Shown here in pieces: positions 8,246 through 17,051 of a stretch of DNA of 17,131 bases. The DNA comes from Octopus sinensis (lineage: Eukaryota), in NCBI RefSeq assembly GCF_006345805.1, contig NW_021824958.1:1-17131 (forward strand), written 5' to 3'. How positions within the stretch are numbered: position 1 is the first letter of the stretch; the number at the start of each line of letters is the position of its first letter. Below the pieces are notes generated by a model that saw nothing but the letters and a program-made list of their open reading frames with translations, was not told where the DNA came from and ran no database searches. A program made the position numbers and the translations under genes.

Positions 8246-8809
8246 TGGTTGTCTGGAAAGTTTGTGCCGATTTATAGTAGCTTACCTTTCGACTTATTTT
8301 AGAACATGGTTGAGTCCATAAAACAGAATTTGACTACACCTCCATTTAGAGCACAGTTTAAGCTATCTCTTCGTGGAAGAAGGTTTATGTTCCTATAACC
8401 TGTGTTAATTCTGTAACCCTTTAAAATGAAAGATAAGAAAGTTCATTTTCAGCACTTGATGCTTTGGGAACCAGACAAAAATTGCTGCAGCTCGGCTGGG
8501 ATGTGTTACTCCACCCTCCATATTCACCAGATATTGCTCCTTCAGATTTCCACTTATTCAGGTCTCTGCAGAATAATCTTAATGGTAAAAATTTCAATTC
8601 CTTGGATGACGTAAAAAGATACCTTGATGAATTCTTTGCCATGAAACTGCCTCAATTCAGGGAAGAGGGTATTTTCAAGTTAAAGAAAAGATGGAGACAC
8701 ATTGTGTAACAAAATGGTTCATATTTGGTTGATTAAAAATGTAATGGCAAGTATTTATTGACCTTTTTCTTTCCTTTAAAAATCGGCACAAACTTTCTGG
8801 ACAACCCAA
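8246..8809 (+). mobile_element. Internally deleted mariner (mellifera-subfamily-like), ~565 bp
   Basis: Left inverted repeat tggttgtctggaaagtttgtgccgattt and right repeat aaatcggcacaaactttctggacaacccaa (8780-8809), with TA on both sides and transposase remnants inside. Confidence 0.92.
8426..8736 (+). pseudogene. Mariner (DD34D) transposase remnant with N-terminus fused out of frame to C-terminus
   Basis: MKDKKVHFQHLMLWE resembles the Famar1-type start. TRQKLLQLGWDVLLHPPYSPDIAPSDFHLFRSLQN contains the mariner YSPDLAPSD motif. The premature TAA at 8707 is CAA in the neighbouring copy; the native stop is 8734-8736. Confidence 0.92.
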
Positions 8810-8821
8810 TATATATATATA

Positions 8822-9047
8822 TTGGGTTGTCCGGAAAGTTCGTGCCGATCTATAATAGCTTACCTTTCGACTTACCCTCCCAGGCACCTCAATTCTGGGA
8901 AGAGGGTATTTTCAAGTTAAAGGGAAGATGGAGACGCATTGTGCAACAAAATGGTTCATATTTGGTTGATTAAAAATTTAATGGCAAGTATTTATTGACC
9001 CTTTTTCTTTCCTTTAAAAATCGGCACAAACTTTCCGGACAGCCCAA
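8822..9047 (+). mobile_element. 226-bp mariner MITE-like derivative of the same family
   Basis: TA|ttgggttgtccggaaagttcgtgccgat ... atcggcacaaactttccggacagcccaa|TA; retains the codons PQFWEEGIFKLKGRWRRIVQQNGSYLVD*. Confidence 0.92.
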
Positions 9048-9101
9048 TACTTCATCCATCCAGGGTTTAACAGCTGTCTTTAGCACCTCAACATATCAAA
9101 T

Positions 9102-9548
9102 GTGGAGGCTCATGGCTTAGTGGTTTGGATGTTGGACTCATGATCGTAAGATTGTGGTTTCGATTCCTAGACCAGGCTACACATTATGTTCTTGAGAATA
9201 AGTTCTGGGGTCAGAAAGCAGTGCTCCAGCATGGCCACAGTCAATTGACTGAAAGAAGTAAAAGAATAAAAGAATACAATTCTCAATATTTAATTATAAA
9301 AATATGATAGGATTTAAAAAAAAAACTTTGAATTGATATTAGGGTCCATTTTAGTAAAATAGGGATCAAGAAGGCCCATAGGTGAAAATGATTAGGAACC
9401 CCTATATTAAACGGTCCCTGTTCATTGTGGTCATCACTTCATTTCACGTTGCTCCAGTCTATTCAGCAGGTAAAAATACATAATTCTGTGAGGGACTAGG
9501 GTCCCATCCAGGTGGGGGGTATATATGCCATGAAACTGGGAAACTGGG
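9102..9548 (+). mobile_element. tRNA-headed SINE family C (CORE plus V-like domain), split by an insert at 9197-9434
   Basis: Head TGGCTTAGTGG...GGTTTCGATTCC ends at cttgag (9196). The CORE resumes at cacttcatttcacgttgctccagt (9435). ctgtgagggactagggtcccatccagg (9486-9512) resembles the V-SINE domain. Confidence 0.7.
9197..9275 (+). mobile_element. 3' fragment of SINE family A inside the family C SINE
   Basis: gtgctccagcatggccacagtcaattgactgaaagaagtaaaagaataaaagaata. Confidence 0.8.
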
Positions 9549-9551
9549 AGA

Positions 9552-10033
9552 GGTGGCGAGCTGGCAGAATCGTTAGCACACCGGGCGAAATACTTAGCGG
9601 TATCTGAGTTCAAATTCCGCCGAGGTCATCTTTGCCTTTCATCCTTTCAGGGTTGATAAATTAAGTACCAGTTACACACTGGGGTTGATATAATCGACTT
9701 AATCCGTTTGTCTGTCCTAGTTTGTCCTCTCTGTGTTTAGCCCCTTGTGGTTAGTAAAGAAATAGGTATTTCGTCTGCTGTTACATTCTGAGTTCAAATT
9801 CCGCAGAGGTCAACTTTGCCTTTTAACCTTTCAGGGTTGATAAATTAAGTACCAGTTACGCACTAGGATTGATATAATTGACTTAATCCGTTTGTCTGTC
9901 CTTGTTTGTCCACTCTATGTTTAGACCCTTGTGGGCAATAAAGAAATAAGAAACGTTAGCATGCCGGGCGAAATCCTTAGCAGTATTTCGTCTGTCTTTA
10001 TGTTCTGAGTTCAAATTCCGCCGAGATCAACTT
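9552..10033 (+). mobile_element. Multimeric tRNA-headed SINE family D (Nin/Deu-like domain), about 2.5 units
   Basis: B-box GAGTTCAAATTCC at 9606, 9790 and 10007. gcctttcatcctttcagggttgataaattaagtacc resembles the Nin/Deu domain. Units span 9552-9765, 9766-9950 and 9951-10033. Confidence 0.8.
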
Positions 10034-10218
10034 AAAGTAATCTTCTTAGCTGAAGATTTTAACATCGGAGAAGTTCCAAGATATTGACATGTTCTTGAGA
10101 ATTTTTGATGTTATTAAGTAACCATTTGGTGCAGATCAAACAGTTTTCTTGTGTCTTTGCAGACATGAATTGGCCTCTCATCTGTAAATATGACTTTTGT
10201 CAAATGTCCTCATAGTGC

Positions 10219-10560
10219 GTGAAGGTGCATAGTTTAGTAGTTAGAGTAGTCAGGCTCACAATTATGAGTTAGTGAGTTCAATTCCTGGACTGGGATGTGT
10301 GTTGTGTTCTTGAACAAGATACTTTATTTCATGTTGCTCCAGTTCACTCAGCTGTAGAAATGAGTTGTGACATCACCGGTGTCAAACTGTATCGGTCCCT
10401 TTTGCCTTTGCCTTGGATAACATCGGTATCGTGAAGAGGGGAGGCTTGTGTGCATGCATGAATGCTGATCTTCCATAGACTATCTTGCCCAGACTTGTGC
10501 CCTGGAGGGGAACTTTCTAGGTGCAATGCCATGGTCATTCGTGACCGAAGGTGGTCTCTG
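10219..10560 (+). mobile_element. Full-length CORE-SINE family B, copy 1
   Basis: tRNA-like head, then CORE gttgtgttcttgaacaagatactt...cactcagctgtagaaatgag (compare MIR core GCTGTGTGACCTTGGGCAAGTCACTT...CTCATCTGTAAAATG), and a 3' hairpin GGTCA-TTCG-TGACC at 10533-10546. Confidence 0.85.
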
Positions 10561-10562
10561 CA

Positions 10563-10563
10563 A

Positions 10564-10620
<57 letters not shown>
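10563..10620. repeat. (AAT)n microsatellite
   Basis: Directly visible; duplicated at 11894-11948. Confidence 0.95.
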
Positions 10621-10621
<1 letters not shown>

Positions 10622-10622
10622 T

Positions 10623-10787
10623 GTGAAGGCGCATGGCTCAGTGGTTAGAGCATCGGGCTTATGATCGTGAGGTTGTGAGTTTGAATCCCTGACTGGGCTG
10701 CGTGTTGTGTTCTTGAGCAAGACACTTTATTTCTCGTTGCTCCTGTTCACTCAGCTGTAGAAATGAGATGTGACATCATTGGTGCCA
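10623..10787 (+). mobile_element. CORE-SINE family B, copy 2 (head plus CORE, running into the 140-bp array)
   Basis: A box TGGCTCAGTGG at 10634, B box GAGTTTGAATCCC at 10677, CORE at 10704-10767. Confidence 0.88.
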
Positions 10788-11862
10788 GCATGAAGAGGAG
10801 AGGCTGGTATGCATGGGTGACTGCTGGTCTTCCATAAACAACCTTGTCTGGCCTTGTGCCTTGGAGGGTAACTTTCTAGGTGCAATCCCATGGGTATCTT
10901 TACCCCTTACCCTATATACATATTATGGCATGGAGAGGAGAGGCTGGTATGCATGGGTGACTGCTGGTCTTCCATAAACAACCTTGTCTGGCCTTGTGCC
11001 TTGGAGGGTAACTTTCTAGGTGCAATCCCATGGGTATCTTTACCCCTTACCCTATATACATATTATGGCATGGAGAGGAGAGGCTGGTATGCATGGGTGA
11101 CTGCTGGTCTTCCATAAACAACCTTGTCTGGCCTTGTGCCTTGGAGGGTAACTTTCTAGGTGCAATCCCATGGGTATCTTACCCCTTACCCTATACATAT
11201 TATGGCATGGAGAGGAGAGGCTGGTATGCATGGGTGACTGCTGGTCTTCCATAAACACCTTGTCTGGCCTTGTGCCTTGGAGGGTAACTTTCTAGTGGGC
11301 AATCCATGGGTATCTTTACCCCTTACCCTATATACATATTATGGCTGGAGAGGAGAGGCTGGTATGCATGGGCGACTGCTGGCTGTCTTCCATAAACAAC
11401 CTTGTCTGGCCTTGTGCCTTGGAGGGTAACTTCTAGGTGCAATCCCATGGGTATCTTTACCCCTTACCCTATATACATATTATGGCATGGAGAGGAGAGG
11501 CTGGTATGCATGGGTGACTGCTGGTCTTCCATAAACAACCTTGTCTGGCCTTGTGCCTTGGAGGGTAACTTTCTAGGTGCAATCCATGGGTATCTTTACC
11601 CCTTACCCTATATACATATTATGGCATGGAGAGGAGAGGCTGGTATGCATGGGTGACTGCTGGTCTTCCATAAACAACCTTGTCTGGCCTTGTGCCTTAG
11701 GGTAACTTTCTAGGTGCAATCCCATGGTATCTTTACCCCTTACCCTATATACATATTATGGCATGGAGAGGAGAGGCTGGTATGCATGGCGACTGCTGGT
11801 CTTCCATAAACAACCTTGTCTGGCCTTGTGCCTTGGAGGGTAACTTTCTAGGTGCAATGCCA
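10788..11862 (+). repeat. 140-bp minisatellite array 1 (7 full units plus a partial) derived from the SINE B 3' half
   Basis: aggctggtatgcatgg at 10801, 10941, 11081, 11218, 11356, 11498, 11637 and 11774. The unit is homologous to 10430-10534. Confidence 0.95.
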
Positions 11863-11894
11863 TGGTCATTCGTGACCGAAGGTGGTCTCTGCAA

Positions 11895-11928
<34 letters not shown>

Positions 11929-12115
11929 TAATAATAATAATAATAAAATGTGAAGGCGCATGGCTCAGTGGTTAGAGCATCGGGCTTATGATCGTGAGGT
12001 TGTGAGTTTGAATCCCGACTGGGCTGCGTGTTGTGTTCTTGAGCAAGACACTTTATTTCTCGTTGCTCCTGTTCACTCAGCTGTAGAAATGAAGATGTGA
12101 CATCATTGGTGCCAG
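11851..12115 (+). repeat. Duplicate of 10520-10787 (SINE tail, (AAT)n, SINE head)
   Basis: Near-identical by eye, offset 1331 bp at its start. Confidence 0.92.
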
Positions 12116-13512
12116 CATGAAGAGGAGAGGCTGGTATGCATGGGTGACTGCTGGTCTTCCATAAACAACCTTGTCTGGCCTTGTCCTTGGAGGGTAACTT
12201 CTAGGTGCAATCCCATGGGTATCTTTACCCCTTACCCTATATACATATTATGGCATGGAGAGGAGAGGCTGGTATGCATGGGTGACTGCTGGTCTTCCAT
12301 AAACAACCTTGTCTGGCCTTGTGCCTTGGAGGGTAACTTTCTAGGTGCAATCCCATGGGTATCTTTACCCCTTACCCTATATACATATTATGGCATGAGA
12401 GGAGAGGCTGGTATGCATGGGTGACTGCTGGTCTTCCTAAACAACCTTCTGGCCTTGTGCCTTGGAGGGTAACTTTCTAGGTGCAATCCCATGGGTATCT
12501 TTACCCCTTACCCTATATACATATTATGGCATGGAGAGGAGAGGCTGGTATGCATGGGTGACTGCTGGTCTTCATAAACAACCTTGTCTGGCCTTGTGCC
12601 TTGGAGGGTAACTTTCTAGTGCAATCCCATGGGTATCTTTACCCCTTACCCTATATACATATTATGGCATGGAGAGGAGAGGCTGGTATGCATGGGTGGA
12701 CTGCTGGTCTTCCATAAACAACCTTGTCTGGCCTTGTGCCTTGGAGGGTAACTTTCTAGGTGCAATCCCATGGTATCTTTACCCCTTACCCTATATACAT
12801 ATTATGGCATGGAGAGGAGAGGCTGGTATGCATGGGCGACTGCTGGTCTCCATAAACAACCTTGTCTGGCCTTGTGCCTTGGAGGGTAACTTCTAGGTGC
12901 AATCCCATGGGTATCTTTACCCCTTACCCTATATACATATTATGGCATGGAGAAGAGGCTGGTATGCATGGGTGACTGCTGGTCTTCCATAAACAACCTT
13001 GTCTGGCCTTGTGCCTTGGAGGGTAACTTTCGGTGCAATCCCATGGGTATCTTTACCCCTTACCCTATATACATATTATGGCATGGAGAGGAGAGGCTGG
13101 TATGCATGGGTGACTGCTGGTCTTCCATAAACAACCTTGTCTGGCCTTGTGCCTTGGAGGGTAACTTTCTAGGTGCAATCCCATGGGTATCTTTACCCCC
13201 ACCCTATATACATATTATGGCATGGAGAGGAGAGGCTGGTATGCATGGGCGACTGCTGGTCTTCCATAACAACCTTGTCTGGCCTTGTGCCTTGGAGGTA
13301 ACTTTCTAGGTGCAATCCCCTGGTATCTTTACCCCTTACCCTATATACATATTATGGCATGGAGAGGAGAGGCTGGTATGCATGGGTGATTGCTGGTCTT
13401 CCATACATAATCTTCTCTGGACTTGTCCCTCAGAGAAGAACTTTCTAGGTGCAATCCCATGATTATTCATGACTGAAAGGGGTCCTTGAAAGGGGTCCTT
13501 ACCCTTGACCCT
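12116..13512 (+). repeat. 140-bp minisatellite array 2 (9 full units, then a final unit ending in the native SINE B tail)
   Basis: Ten aggctggtatgcatgg landmarks between 12128 and 13370. Confidence 0.95.
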
Positions 13513-13557
13513 CATACTGCCCGTAAATATGACTTTTGTCAAATGTCCTCATAGTGC

Positions 13558-13831
13558 GTGAAGGTGCATAGCTCAGTAGTTAGAGTGTCGGGCTCACAAT
13601 CATGAGGTAGCAAGTTCAATCCCTGGACTGGGATATGTGTTGTGTCCTTGAGCAAGACACTTTATTTAACATTGCTCCTGTTCACTCAGCTGTAGAAATG
13701 AGATGCGACATCATTGGTGCCAACATGGAGAGGAGAGGCTGGTATTCATGGGTGATTGTTGGCAGAGGATAACTTTCTAGGTGCAATCCCACGGTCATTC
13801 ATGACCGAAGGGCGTCCTTGCCCTTGACCCT
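13558..13831 (+). mobile_element. CORE-SINE family B, last copy (internally deleted)
   Basis: Head gaaggtgcatagctcagtagttagagtg, CORE, and tail ggtcattcatgaccgaaggg. Confidence 0.85.
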
Positions 13832-13853
13832 CAGAGTACCCAAATATTTAGAA

Positions 13854-14129
13854 TACTCTTTACTCTTTTACTCTTTTACTTCTTTCAGTCATTTGACTGC
13901 AGCCATGCTGGAGCACCGCTTTTAGTCGAGCAACTCGACCCCAGGACTTATTCTTTTTGTAAGCCCAGTACTTATTCTATCGGTCTCTTTTTGCCGAACC
14001 GCTAAGTGACGGGGACATAAACACAACAGCATCGGTTGTCAAGCAATGCTAGGGGAACAAACACAGACACACAAACACACACACATACATATATATATAT
14101 ATACGACAGGCTTCTTTCAGTTTCCGTCT
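13854..14129 (-). mobile_element. 5'-truncated SINE family A
   Basis: Reverse complement of 7457-7710 with a (TACTCTTT)n tail. Confidence 0.9.
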
Positions 14130-14312
14130 GTTTTTTTTTCTCTCTTCCATATAGTTAAATGACTTCTGCCAGAAGCTTCCAAAGCCATCCAAATTTTAAT
14201 TACAAAATGTGTTACAACAGTATCACAATATCAACCAGACAATCAGATACTGTTATACACCGCTGGCCACAATGCACTTTAAATTATATCTTGATTGCAT
14301 CATTCTTTTCCA

Positions 14313-14512
14313 TACTCTTTACTCTTTTACTTGTTTCAGTCATTTGACTGTGGCCATGCCGGAGCACCGCCTTTAGTCGAGCAAATCGACCCCAGGACTT
14401 ATTCTTTGTAAGATTAGTACTTATTCTATCGATCTCTTTGGCCAAACTGCTAAGTTACGGGGACATAAACACACTAGCATTGGTGTTGGGGGGACAAAAA
14501 AGACCCACAAAT

Positions 14513-14581
<69 letters not shown>

Positions 14582-14739
14582 CGATGGGCTTCTTACAGTT
14601 TCCGTCTACCAAATCCACTCACAAGGCTTTGGTTGGCCCAAGGCTATAGTGGAAGGCACTTGCCCAAGGTGACACGCAGTGGGACTGAACCTGGAACCAT
14701 GTGGTTTGTAAGCAAGCTACTTACCACACAGCCACTCCT
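14313..14739 (-). mobile_element. Full-length SINE family A
   Basis: Head aggagtggctgtgtggtaag read from 14739 on the minus strand; tail at 14313. Confidence 0.9.
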
Positions 14740-14749
14740 TCCACATAAT

Positions 14750-14968
14750 GTTCTTTCAGTCACAGGATTACAGCCATGCTGGAGCACCACCTCAAATGGT
14801 TTAGTTGAACAAATTGGTCCCAGTACCTATTCATTTTAATTCCGTCAACCCCCTTTTTGTTGAGCTGCCATGTTAAGGGGACATAAACAAACCTACAACA
14901 GTTGGCATGTGATGTAGAGACAAATACAAACACAATGATGCACACACACACACACATACACACACACA
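14750..14968 (-). mobile_element. Older, diverged SINE A-related 3' fragment
   Basis: tttcagtca..gccatgctggagcacc...ggggacataaacaaacc is colinear with family A but carries many substitutions. Confidence 0.7.
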
Positions 14969-15025
14969 TTCTAGGTGTGTGTAAATATAGCTTCCGGCAT
15001 GTATACATGTGTGTGTTTGTGTGTA

Positions 15026-15390
15026 TACTCTTTTACTCTTTTACTTGTTTCAGTCATTTGACTGTGGCCATGCTGGAGCACCGCCTTTAATTGAGCAACT
15101 CGACCCCGGGACTTATTCTTTTGTAAGTCCAGTAATTATTCTACCGGTCTCTTTTGCCGAACCGCTAAGTTTCGGGGACATAAACACACCAGCATCGGTT
15201 GTCAAGCAATGCTAGGGGGACAAACACAGACACACAAACACACACACACACACATACATATATATATATACATATATACGACAGGCTTCTTTCAGTTTCC
15301 ATCTACCAAATCCACTCACAAGGCTTTGGTCGGCCTGAGGTTGTAGTAGAAAACACATGCCCAAGATGCCACTTACCACACAGCCACTCC
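15026..15390 (-). mobile_element. SINE family A with a ~45-bp deletion in the tRNA head
   Basis: gcccaagatgcc is joined directly to acttaccacacagccactcc; compare 14662-14738. Confidence 0.88.
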
Positions 15391-15556
15391 TTATCATCAT
15401 CATCATTGTTTAATGTCCCCTTTCCATGCTGGCATGGGTTGGACAGTTTGACTGAGGACTGATAAACCAGGAGGCTGCACCAGGCTCCAGTCTCATCTGG
15501 CAAGGTTTCTACAGCTTGATGCCCTTCCTAACGCCAACCACTCCAAGAGTGTAGTG

Positions 15557-16178
15557 GGTGCTTTTTATGTTCCACCGGCACAGGAGCCAGTCGGGTGGCA
15601 CTGACATCAACCATGCTTGAATGGTGCTTTTTACATACCACTGGCACAGGAGCCAGTCGGGTGGCACTGACATCAACTACTCTTGAATGGTGCTTTTTAC
15701 ATGTCACTGGCACAGGAGTCAGTCGGGTGGCACTGACATCAACCACGCTCGAATGGTGCTTCTTACATGCCACTGGCACGGGAGCCAGTCGGGTGGCACT
15801 GACATCAACCACACTCGAATGGTGCTTTTTACATGCCACTGGCACGGGAGCCAGTCGGGTGGCACTGACATCAACCATGCTTGAATGGTGCTTTTTACAT
15901 GCCACTGGCACGGGAGCCAGTTGGGTGGCACTGACATCAACTACTCTTGAATGGTGCTTCTTACATACCACTGGCACGGGAGCCAGTCAGGTGGAACTGA
16001 CATCAACCACGCTTGAATGGTGCTTTTTACATGCTACTGGCATGGGAGCCAGTCGGGTGGCACTGACATCAACCATGCTCAAATGGTGCTTTTTACATGC
16101 CACTGGCATGGGAGCCAGTCGGGTGGCACTGACATCAACCACACTCGAATGGTGCTTTTTACATGTCACTGGCACGGG
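15557..16178. repeat. 66-bp minisatellite (9 units plus a partial) in the LINE 3' UTR
   Basis: ggtgct recurs every 66 bp from 15557 to 16151. Confidence 0.95.
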
Positions 16179-16316
16179 TGTCAGTGTGGCAGTACTGGCA
16201 TTGGCCACGACAATAATTTCACTCGACTCAACAGGTCTTCTCAAGCACAGCATATTACTCAACGACTGAAGGGTGCCCTGAAATGAGTAACACTAGCATA
16301 GGCCATGGCCACGATC

Positions 16317-16509
16317 TCACTCGGCTTGTCAGGTCTTCTCAAGCACAGCAAATCTCCAAATCTCGGTTGCTTGTCATTGTCTCTGTGAGGCCCAACTTTC
16401 AAAGGTCATGCATCACCATTTTGTCCCAGGTCTTCCTGGGTCAGTCTCTTCTACAGGCTCCCCCCATTATTAGGGTGTGACACTTCTTCACATAGCTGTC
16501 CTCAAACAT
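16317..16509 (-). pseudogene. C-terminal remnant of the RTE reverse transcriptase ORF
   Basis: Manual translation MFEDSYVKKCHTLIMGGACRRD*PRKTWDKMVMHDL*KLGLTETMTSNRD(fs)WRFAVLEKT*QAE* fits the RTE GRGRPRKTW..DL..LGL..DR..WR motif, with stops at CGA-to-TGA-type positions. Confidence 0.8.
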
Positions 16510-16522
16510 GTGTGTTTATATC

Positions 16523-16883
16523 TTCTCTTTTTCTCTTTTTACTTGTTTCAGTCATTTTGACTGCGGCCATGCTGGGGCACTACCTTTAGTCGAGCAAATC
16601 GACACCGGGACTTATTCTTTGTAAGCCCACTACTTATTCACACCACCATCAGTTGTCAAGCAATGCTAGGGAGACAAACACAGACACACATACATATATA
16701 TACATATATACGACAGGCTTCTTTCAGTTTCTGTCTACCAAATCCACTCACAAGGTTTTGGTCGGCCCGAGGCTATAGAAGACACTTGCCCAAGTTGCCA
16801 CGCAGTGGGACTGAACCCGGAACGGAACCACGGAACCATGTGGTTTGTAAATAAGCTACTTACCACACAGCCACACCTGTGCC
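16523..16883 (-). mobile_element. SINE family A with an internal deletion (~16639) and a small head duplication
   Basis: Head ggcacaggtgtggctgtgtggta from 16883; ggaacggaaccacggaaccatg at 16819-16840. Confidence 0.88.

Positions 16884-17051
<168 letters not shown>

Larger units (their letters stand above)
15393..16510 (-). mobile_element. 5'-truncated RTE-clade LINE (ORF C-terminus, 3' UTR, (GAT)n tail)
   Basis: RTE-type C-terminal peptide on the minus strand; 3' end ...ACATTAAACAATGATGATGATGAT at 15393-15416. Confidence 0.8.

Noticed and set aside
8464-8709. Functional transposase or SETMAR-like host gene
   Set aside because: Most of the ORF is deleted, it is frameshifted with a premature stop, and it is enclosed by terminal inverted repeats.
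9340-9404. hAT MITE end (gattaggaacccct)
   Set aside because: No matching opposite inverted repeat or 8-bp target duplication was found; kept only as an alternative explanation for the 45-bp repeat.
10628-10700. tRNA gene (also at 7326, 9107, 11955 and 13563)
   Set aside because: A and B boxes are present but there is no proper acceptor stem, and each continues into a CORE domain, so these are SINE heads.
10890-13542. Repeated ORFs such as MGIFTPYPIYILWHGEERLVC
   Set aside because: The 140-bp unit is not a multiple of three and is derived from a SINE.
15595-16269. 224-aa repeat protein
   Set aside because: It has a non-ATG start, is antisense to a LINE UTR, and is explained by a stop-free 66-bp unit.
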